From a candidate division FCPU426 bacterium (lineage in GTDB: Bacteria; Oederibacteriota; Muellerivitia; Muellerivitales; Muellerivitaceae): 64,000 nt of DNA. Under the pieces are notes generated by a model. The model was not told the origin of the DNA. It did no database searches and was given only the letters and a program-made list of their open reading frames with translations. Within the stretch, counting starts at the first letter, position 1. Every line of letters begins with the position of its first letter. Below are positions 56,712 to 64,000 of the stretch, piece after piece. The translations under genes and the position numbers were made by a program. The stretch is from assembly GCA_963847625.1 (NCBI GenBank), contig CAWKAR010000039.1:96001-160000 (forward strand). Direction: 5' to 3'.

Positions 56712-59483
56712 TTACCGGCTGGCGGCGGTTGAGGAATGGAGGGTGACGGCGGCCCCTTTCAGGTCCTTGGACTCGGCCGTCAAGACCACGTCCCCAGGCT
56801 CATCACCCGCCTTGACTATCGCCATGCAAAGGCCGTTGAAAGCCCGCCTTTGATCCGCCTTGTCCGGCTCGTGGCTGGAGGGGTCCCCGTTGGCCACACC
56901 CGCGATGGAGCCAGGTCCCGTGACGTGGAAGACCACCTCATTGTCGGCCGTGGGAACCACCCGGCCTTTCACGTCCAGGATCGAGACTTTGACCGGAATC
57001 TCATCCTCGCCGTCGGAGAGCATTTCAGTACCGAAAGGCTCCAGCTTGACCGAGGCGGGCGCGTCCGTGGTTTCCACACGGTCCTCCGCGGCCTTTTTCC
57101 CCGCGTTGGAACCCACCGCGCTCAAAACGCCCGCGTGGTAGGGGACTTTCCATTCCAGGTGGCCCCACTGGGGCATGTCCTTCTCCCCCAGGCTTTTCCC
57201 ATTCAGGAACAGCTCCACCTTCTCGCAATTGCCGTAGCACCACACGTCGACCGGCTCCCCTTCCTTGTCCGGCCAGTTCCAATGGGGTAGAAGATGAACC
57301 AGGGGGTTGCCGCCCCACCAGGCCTGGTAATAAAAGAAGTTGTCCTTGGGGAAACCGCACATGTCCATGACGCCGAAGTGGGAGTTCACGCAGGGCCACC
57401 AGTAGGGCGTGGGCTCGCCCCGGTAGTCGAATCCCGTCCAGACGAACCCTCCTGCCATGAAGGGATTCTTCGCCAGGGGCGTCCAGGCGTCCTCGGCGGT
57501 CTGGGCCCAATCCGGAAAATTCTCGTCATAGGCGCTCACGTAGCCCTGGTCCTTGTTGTTCTGGTAGATGCCCCGGTCGGAAACCGTGCTGGCGGTCTCG
57601 CTCCCGAAAAGTGGGATGCCGGGATGGCTTTTATGGTAGCTGCCGTATTCGGAGGGGTGGTAGTTGAATCCCTGGAGGTCCACCACGTCCGAAAGGCCGG
57701 AACCCCAGCCGTAGTTCATGGCGCAGGTGATGAGCCGGGTCTTGTCGAGCCTCAGGATGTCCTTCTTCATGGCCTCGCCCCGGTGTTTCCCGGTTTCGGT
57801 GCCCTGGAGGGATTCCTCGTTGCAAAGAGACCAAAGGATGACGCTGGGGTGGTTGCGGTCGCGGAGCACCATGCTTTCCAGCTGGGAAAGGATTTCGGGG
57901 TCGTCGCCCAGGCGGCGGTTCTCGTCCATGACCAGCATGCCCTGCCGGTCGCATTCGTCGAGCAGTTCGGAGGCCGGGGGGTTGTGGGAGCAGCGGTAGG
58001 CGTTGGAACCCATGTCCTTGAGCCTTTGGATCCGGTAGGTGAAAACCCGGTCCGGGATGGCGATGCCGATGCCGGCGAAATCCTGGTGGTTGCAGGTACC
58101 CTTCAATTTAAGCGGTTTGCCGTTGAGGAAAAACCCGAGGTCCTTGTCGAAGCGGGCGGTGCGCACCCCGAACCGGGTCGTGGCCTGGTCCACCACTTTC
58201 CCATCCTTTTCCAAGCTTGTGACGAGGGTGTAAAGGGAAGGGCTGTCCGGGGACCAAAGGGCAGGGTGGGGGATTTCTCCCTTTTGGGTGACGGCCCCGG
58301 TCTCGCCCGGGGGAACCGTGACGCCTTCAGTGAGGCTAAGAACGGTTTTCCCATCCTTATCCAGGACTTCTGATACCACTTGGCAGGATTTTAGAGATTT
58401 CGAGCGGTTGTCCACGCTGGTCTGGATTTCAAGGGAGGCCTGGTTAGGGTCCACCTCTTGGTCGGGGTTGGAAACCACATAAACTCCCCAGGGTTCCACG
58501 TGGAGGGGATCGGCCTTGTTGAGCCAGATGTGGCGGTAGATTCCCCCGCCCTCATACCACCAGCCCTCGGTATCGCGGGCATCCACGTAAACGGCCAGCG
58601 TGTTCACGCCGCCGTACTTGATCGCCCCAGTGATGTCGTAACGGAAACTCGTGTAACCGCTGGGGTGTTTTCCCAGGAGCTTGCCATTGAGCCAAACCCG
58701 GCTGTCCCGGTAGACGCCGTCGAAGTCAATCCAAAGGCTCCGGCCCTTGTCGGAAAGGGGGACCTTGAAAGATTTCCGGTACCAGCCGGGGTCCTTGGGC
58801 AGGAAGCCGTGGTTCCCGTCGGCGGAGGGGCTGAAGGGGCCCTCCACCACGAAATCGTGGGGAAGGTGGACCTCTTTCCAATCCTGGTCGTCGAAAGCTT
58901 CCAGGGCCGCGGGGGGAACCGGCTCCTCCGGGCCCAGGGACATCAGGCCGGCTTCCTTAATGTTACCCTCGCCATAGGTATTTTCCACCAGCACCGTCAC
59001 CTCGTTGGGGCCTCCTTCCTTCCATACGGCATCCAGGTTGATGTCGAAGGGGTCGTTCCAACCCTCGTGGTAGGTCATTTTCGTCCCGTTTACCCAGACC
59101 GTGGCGTTGTCGTCCACGCCCGCGAAGTGAAGCACGCGGTGGGGGCCGGGCGCGTCCGGCAGGGGGGCCTTTACCCAGGCGAAACCGGGCTGGTGATTGA
59201 AGAGGTCCTGGCCGTTTTGGGCGTCCTGCCAGTCCGCTCCGCCGGTGGAAACCCCGAGGGAGGCGGGTTTCTCGTCTGTGGGTTTGGCTTTGCCGGCGGG
59301 TTTATAGCGCCAGGAGGGAATCTTCACGCCGGTGTAAATATCCGAGCCTGCCACGGCGCCCAGGTGGAATTTCCACCCCGCGTCGAGCCGGATGCGTTCC
59401 CGGCCCCGGGGTTCCGCCGCCCAACAGGCGAAGGGGAGCATCCAGGCGAGTAAAAGGCAATAAAGGGATTTATGGGGGGACAT
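56712..59483 (-). CDS. secreted GH2 beta-galactosidase
   Basis: Signal peptide; EGWWYEGGGIYR, NAYRCSHNP, RDRNHPSVILWSLCNEE, FGSE, GGFVWTGFDYRGEP. Confidence 0.93.
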   Translation of the reverse strand: MSPHKSLYCLLLAWMLPFACWAAEPRGRERIRLDAGWKFHLGAVAGSDIYTGVKIPSWRYKPAGKAKPTDEKPASLGVSTGGADWQDAQNGQDLFNHQPGFAWVKAPLPDAPGPHRVLHFAGVDDNATVWVNGTKMTYHEGWNDPFDINLDAVWKEGGPNEVTVLVENTYGEGNIKEAGLMSLGPEEPVPPAALEAFDDQDWKEVHLPHDFVVEGPFSPSADGNHGFLPKDPGWYRKSFKVPLSDKGRSLWIDFDGVYRDSRVWLNGKLLGKHPSGYTSFRYDITGAIKYGGVNTLAVYVDARDTEGWWYEGGGIYRHIWLNKADPLHVEPWGVYVVSNPDQEVDPNQASLEIQTSVDNRSKSLKSCQVVSEVLDKDGKTVLSLTEGVTVPPGETGAVTQKGEIPHPALWSPDSPSLYTLVTSLEKDGKVVDQATTRFGVRTARFDKDLGFFLNGKPLKLKGTCNHQDFAGIGIAIPDRVFTYRIQRLKDMGSNAYRCSHNPPASELLDECDRQGMLVMDENRRLGDDPEILSQLESMVLRDRNHPSVILWSLCNEESLQGTETGKHRGEAMKKDILRLDKTRLITCAMNYGWGSGLSDVVDLQGFNYHPSEYGSYHKSHPGIPLFGSETASTVSDRGIYQNNKDQGYVSAYDENFPDWAQTAEDAWTPLAKNPFMAGGFVWTGFDYRGEPTPYWWPCVNSHFGVMDMCGFPKDNFFYYQAWWGGNPLVHLLPHWNWPDKEGEPVDVWCYGNCEKVELFLNGKSLGEKDMPQWGHLEWKVPYHAGVLSAVGSNAGKKAAEDRVETTDAPASVKLEPFGTEMLSDGEDEIPVKVSILDVKGRVVPTADNEVVFHVTGPGSIAGVANGDPSSHEPDKADQRRAFNGLCMAIVKAGDEPGDVVLTAESKDLKGAAVTLHSSTAASR

Positions 59484-59666
59484 AGGGGGCCTTTCGCGGC
59501 TTTTTAAAGCCGTACAGGGGAAAAATATCACGCCGGTCTGGAATTTAATTTGACAGGGAATGATAACAGGAAGGTCCTTATCCGGAAACATCGGAGAATG
59601 GGAAATACCCGCGGCTTAAGCGATCTGTTCTATTAGGTTAATCGACACCTGGTCTAAAAGGCGGGG

Positions 59667-59707
59667 TTTGGCACTATGGCGCGTCATTTTGGCGCCATGG
59701 CGCGTCA
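59667..59707 (+). promoter_or_regulatory. tandem 20-bp direct repeat (21-bp period), candidate operator
   Basis: TTTGGCACTATGGCGCGTCA and TTTGGCGCCATGGCGCGTCA between divergent genes. Confidence 0.65.
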
Positions 59708-59838
59708 AAAGAAAGGGTTTTCCTTTGACTCCCTTTGGGCTATGGGCGCCAGAATGTGAAAGTTGTATTTTTGTGGTATCATTTTTTTCTGGCTTTAAAA
59801 TAAACCATCATTCATCCAAATCCAGAGGTGATCATTTT

Positions 59839-62800
59839 ATGAAAAATCTTCAAAGGTGGATCGGTTGGACACTCTTGGCCGCGGGTTCGGCCGGAACCTT
59901 GTTCTTGGGTTGCACCAGAAGCATGAACGTCACCCCTTCCTTCCCCCTGATCTACGCGACTGAAACTTCCACCTTTGCTTTGTCATCCACAAATACTCCG
60001 ACCCCGACTAATACGCCCACCCCCACAGCCACTCCAACCATTACCGGCGGTACGATGACATCCACTAACACTCCGACCCCCCCATTCACTGTTACACCCA
60101 CGGCCACTCCCACCACAACGGATACACCCTCGAACACCACTACGGGAACTCAGTCTCCGACGAATACCGCGACTGTAACCTCTACTGCGACTAATACCCC
60201 TACCGCCACCTTGACCTCGACAAACACGCTTGCCATAACCCCAACGATGACGTCCACCCCTTGCGCCAACCCTCTTCTTCTTTCGTCCTTTAATTTCGAT
60301 ACGAATATCCAATGCTGGTCGGATTGGACAGGCGGCAACCCGATCCCAGGCGCGACAATCCAGGTGGACAATACGAACTTCCACAGCGGCGGCGGATCGT
60401 TGGAAATCATTCTTCCGTCAACGGCATCCGGGGGCATGATCGGTTTAAACTTCTCATCGGGTGTGACGATTGAACCCGGAAGCACCATGGTACTCTGGTA
60501 CATGTCTTCTTCCAGCTCTCCCACCGGCCAACTTTTCGACGCCAGCGGGACTGGTTATAATTGGGGCGGCACTCAATGGATCAGCAACCTGGCCACAACC
60601 TGGACCCCTGTTACCCTGACCTTCAATCCGATATACCCAAATGATGTTTTGCAATTAGGAATCCAGATCGGGGGTACTTTCCCCTCCTCGCCTGTAACCG
60701 TTTGGATCGACGACGTCACGATCACCCTTGCCACGACGTCCACCAACACCCCGACCCAGACCAACACCCCCACCCCCACGATTACTTTCACGCTTACGCC
60801 GACCCCTACCGTTACGCCCACTCCTACCATCACCTTAACTCCAACCATCACCGAAACGCCCACTCCAAGTCTGACCCCTATTCCCGGAATCACGGACATA
60901 ACCTCCAATATCAATGGATCCTGTGTGTCCGGTGACACGACCGGACTTACTGACAACTATAATGAAGTTGTCACCCAAGGCGGTCCTGCGCCGTACAGCC
61001 CGGTTACTTACGGATTGGGGGCGCCCGATATCGCCTACTCGTTCACGCTGTCTAATCCCACCAACCTCTTCATCAGCGTCTGCGGTGCCAGCTTTAATTC
61101 GGTGCTTTACTTGAGGACCAATCCGGCCGATCCAAGCACCACCCTGGCCCTGGACGACAATTCGGACTATTGCAATACTAATTTTTCCTCGCCTTCATCC
61201 TCTTCCTTGGTGACGGGAGTCCTCCAGCCCGGCGTCTATTTCGTTATCGTGGATGGGGTAGGCGCGACGGATTACGGGACCTACAGTCTGTGCGTATCCA
61301 TCTTCAGCCCTACCTGCTCCCTGACGCCCGTGGCAACGCCGGTGGCGCTCGTTCTCCCGACCACCACCCCCACCGATTTGGGGACTGTGTCCGTGGACGC
61401 GGTGGGTACCGGCCATATCGATTGGAATTTCGAGTACACCAACAGCTGGACCTTCACGGCTGGGGTGGCAGGTACCTACACGATCTCGCTGGATTGTTTC
61501 GACGATGGGACGGGCAAGGCCCGGGTGGCGTACGACCTTTACGATTCTGGCAACAATCTGCTTGCGAGTTCGAACGGGAACACGCCCCTGGATCAACTGA
61601 TGGGGCCCTTGTCGGTCCAACAATACACGGTAGTGGTCTACGCCTACTCGGAAGGGGCGCCAAGCGCGGATTACCGACTGGTCATCCAGGGGCCTCCGCC
61701 CACCTACACCCCCACTTTCACGATTACGCCTTGCGGGTATCCGGGAGACACCTGTACCCCTACATCCACCAATACCCCCACTGACACTATTACGCCCTGC
61801 GGGTATCCGGGAGACACCTGTACCCCAACTCCCAACAAACCCCCGATTCTCACGGTGACACCCCCCGTGCCCTTTACGCCGACGGTTCCGGCAGGCGCAT
61901 GCACTCAACTGGCAAACAGCTTCGAAACTTTCACAGGTACGAATCCTTATACCACTGAAAATGGGAGCTTAGCCCCGGATTCAAACAATCCAACCCTCTC
62001 TCAAACCACTACTGGTGCTACCGACGGCAGTAATGCCCTTGATATTGATATCACTAATAATGGTGGTTGGAACCAATTAGTGGACTGGAGTGGATTTGCC
62101 CAGAGCGATTTCACCAACGTGACCCAAATATTGATGGACGTGACGGTGGATTCGAGTTTGATTCAAACGGGTGCAGGGGCCTATAACCAACTCGCACTTG
62201 TCGCGAATCCCAGCACGTGGACGCCAATCACGGGAAATATAGATATCACAACGGGTTTACAAACCGTGGTCTTTACGGTAAGCGGTGCCCCGGCCCAGGT
62301 CAACGATCTCCTTTTGATTTTCAACACCGGTGGTTCCGGAACAGGGAACATCTACGTTGATAACGTGAGGTTTGTTTATAGCGTCTGCCCCCCGACTCCC
62401 ACCCCGACGCCCAATATCCCCGCCAATGGGCTATGGACATTCGGCCAGTTCGGCCAAGACGGAATCAACGGGGATTTCTTTGGCGCCAATGGGATTGCCG
62501 TGGATAACAGCGGAAAAATTTATGTTTCCGACATGTATATGGGAAACATCCAGGTTTTCAATTCCAACGGGAACTACCTTTACAACATCCAACCGCCCAA
62601 TCCCGATCCCTGGGGAAACGCCCCCTCTCCCTGGGGCTTGGCCGTGGACAACAACGGCAACCTTTTCGCGGCTTGTTACGACAACGGCAATGGATTGGTG
62701 GAGGAATTCAACACGTCCACCGGTGCCTTGGAAAATATGTTCTGGGGTTCCAACGATAATTCCGTCACTTATATCTATGCGCCCATGGACGTCAAACTGG

Positions 62801-63303
62801 ATAGTTCCGGGAACTTGTGGGTCGCGGACTTTCAGGGAGGTTATGTCGCCGAAATCGACCCGGCCACCGATACCGTCTTAAAAACTTCCACGAACTCTAT
62901 TACGCCCGTGGGCTTGGCGATCGACACGAGCAATACCTATGTCTACGCGACTAATCCCAATACCGGTTATGTGACCCAATACGATACCGCCACCTTGACG
63001 GCCCAAAACACCTTCAATGGGTCGGGTTGGACCACGCCATTAAGCGCCCCGGTCGGAATTGTCGTGACGCCTCTGGGCAATCTCATCATCGCTGATATTA
63101 ATAAAGGAGTTGTTGTCAATACGGATACATCCGGGAACTTGCTTGCGACGTTGCCGGTTGCCGGCAACATTCCATATAGGTTCCCCGCTTTTGACTCCGC
63201 GGGTAATTTGTATGTCACGACTAGCTATGTCAACTTCCAGTACTATTATTATATTGGCGATTATGTACAGGTGATCGACACCGGTTTCGGGTATTATCAG
63301 TAA
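59839..63303 (+). CDS. large surface lipoprotein: Thr/Pro-rich linkers, CBM-like and PPC-like modules, C-terminal NHL beta-propeller
   Basis: FLG-C lipobox; TPTNTPT tracts; GIAVDNSGKIYVSD and GLAVDNNGNLFAA NHL repeats. Confidence 0.85.
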   Translation: MKNLQRWIGWTLLAAGSAGTLFLGCTRSMNVTPSFPLIYATETSTFALSSTNTPTPTNTPTPTATPTITGGTMTSTNTPTPPFTVTPTATPTTTDTPSNTTTGTQSPTNTATVTSTATNTPTATLTSTNTLAITPTMTSTPCANPLLLSSFNFDTNIQCWSDWTGGNPIPGATIQVDNTNFHSGGGSLEIILPSTASGGMIGLNFSSGVTIEPGSTMVLWYMSSSSSPTGQLFDASGTGYNWGGTQWISNLATTWTPVTLTFNPIYPNDVLQLGIQIGGTFPSSPVTVWIDDVTITLATTSTNTPTQTNTPTPTITFTLTPTPTVTPTPTITLTPTITETPTPSLTPIPGITDITSNINGSCVSGDTTGLTDNYNEVVTQGGPAPYSPVTYGLGAPDIAYSFTLSNPTNLFISVCGASFNSVLYLRTNPADPSTTLALDDNSDYCNTNFSSPSSSSLVTGVLQPGVYFVIVDGVGATDYGTYSLCVSIFSPTCSLTPVATPVALVLPTTTPTDLGTVSVDAVGTGHIDWNFEYTNSWTFTAGVAGTYTISLDCFDDGTGKARVAYDLYDSGNNLLASSNGNTPLDQLMGPLSVQQYTVVVYAYSEGAPSADYRLVIQGPPPTYTPTFTITPCGYPGDTCTPTSTNTPTDTITPCGYPGDTCTPTPNKPPILTVTPPVPFTPTVPAGACTQLANSFETFTGTNPYTTENGSLAPDSNNPTLSQTTTGATDGSNALDIDITNNGGWNQLVDWSGFAQSDFTNVTQILMDVTVDSSLIQTGAGAYNQLALVANPSTWTPITGNIDITTGLQTVVFTVSGAPAQVNDLLLIFNTGGSGTGNIYVDNVRFVYSVCPPTPTPTPNIPANGLWTFGQFGQDGINGDFFGANGIAVDNSGKIYVSDMYMGNIQVFNSNGNYLYNIQPPNPDPWGNAPSPWGLAVDNNGNLFAACYDNGNGLVEEFNTSTGALENMFWGSNDNSVTYIYAPMDVKLDSSGNLWVADFQGGYVAEIDPATDTVLKTSTNSITPVGLAIDTSNTYVYATNPNTGYVTQYDTATLTAQNTFNGSGWTTPLSAPVGIVVTPLGNLIIADINKGVVVNTDTSGNLLATLPVAGNIPYRFPAFDSAGNLYVTTSYVNFQYYYYIGDYVQVIDTGFGYYQ

Positions 63304-63390
63304 TCCAGCTAAACCCACCGGCCAGAGGAGTAACAGCCGGGTAGGAAATAAAATTTGAAAAAATCAATTAATGTTTTGAGGGAGGTTTCA

Positions 63391-63606
63391 ATGAAAAAAT
63401 CCATGGTTTTGATCTCGCTTTGTTTTTTCTTAGCCGCTTCTTCCACCCTGGCTTTCCCCGAACCCAAGGGAACGAAGTTCACCGAGGCAAAGCGCCAGGG
63501 AAAACTGGTCCGGCCCCATCCCAAATTCATGAGCCAAGGCAAACCGGCCACGGTAAAAGCCAAATTTATAAAGAAAAAGAAATTGCCTATCACTGAAAAT
63601 AAATAG
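63391..63606 (+). CDS. small basic secreted protein
   Basis: GGAGG RBS, signal peptide, Lys-rich mature part. Confidence 0.7.
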   Translation: MKKSMVLISLCFFLAASSTLAFPEPKGTKFTEAKRQGKLVRPHPKFMSQGKPATVKAKFIKKKKLPITENK

Positions 63607-63657
63607 CACTAAAGACTTAGATTCGCGCATTTGGGGTTTGAATTTATGGTTTTCGAG

Positions 63658-63687
63658 GGCCCGGTTTCACGCCGGGCCGTTTTTTTT
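63658..63687 (+). terminator. intrinsic terminator
   Basis: GGCCCGGT-ttcac-GCCGGGCC followed by a T-run. Confidence 0.8.
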
Positions 63688-64000
63688 ATTCCAAATCCTT
63701 ATGTATTTAACCTCTGTAAAATCAAAAAAGACTGATTTTATCGATTCCTCGTGGCCCCTTTTAAAAAAAGGACAATTGCGAGAGGGTTTAATTACACATT
63801 TTTTAATGGAATAAAATGCCACTTCCTCCATCTATAGATAGAAGTGAAAAGAAACTGAATGGGGGGGATTAAACAATTTCACAGGTCCTTATTTACCGGT
63901 AGGAAATGGAAATTCGGGACTATTTCACTTTATAAAAAGGCTTATGAAGGGCGAAACACCGCCCGGCTGGGATCGAGCTGATGTTTTTATTCGAATTTAC

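Noticed and set aside
42917..59453. long antisense or alternate-frame ORFs (e.g. 42917-45022, 45116-46186, 53213-54364, 54315-55463, 57294-58373)
   Set aside because: Shadow ORFs of high-GC genes, overlapping well-supported CDSs and lacking motifs

Overview
Bacterial chromosome segment in four parts. (1) 1-22.7 kb is core genome: the 3' end of polC, the rimP-nusA-infB-DUF503-rbfA-nrnA-truB-ribF-rpsO-pnp cluster, a receiver-less TPR/sigma54 activator followed by a candidate sigma54-dependent small RNA, envelope genes, a TPR protein, ispE and tRNA-Gln(UUG). (2) 22.7-32.1 kb is an AT-richer, satellite-like integrative element in the tRNA-Gln 3' end. It has 26-bp att repeats, a tyrosine integrase, Xis-like HTH, primase-less helicase, a second tyrosine recombinase, an iteron-like region and membrane cargo genes. 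(3) 32.1-42.6 kb is a second, tandem element with a large serine recombinase, a HEPN protein, a membrane-anchored winged-helix protein, a complex repeat region of about 700 bp, an MNT-HepT pair and a Type IIG restriction-modification enzyme. It ends at an IS30. (4) 42.6-64 kb is a GC-rich carbohydrate locus (CBM9-GH9, galK, GH26-like, arabinokinase-like, galT, GH31, GH2, Thr/Pro-rich surface lipoprotein). The most notable uncharacterised signals are: a module shared by both islands (winged-helix gene, then 11-bp-phased TTCCC boxes, then the mobility operon); a palindrome/G-tract array whose motif recurs inside the winged-helix gene; an sRNA candidate with an anti-Shine-Dalgarno seed; and an integrase whose C-terminus would change on excision. 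All calls come from reading the sequence; no searches were run.
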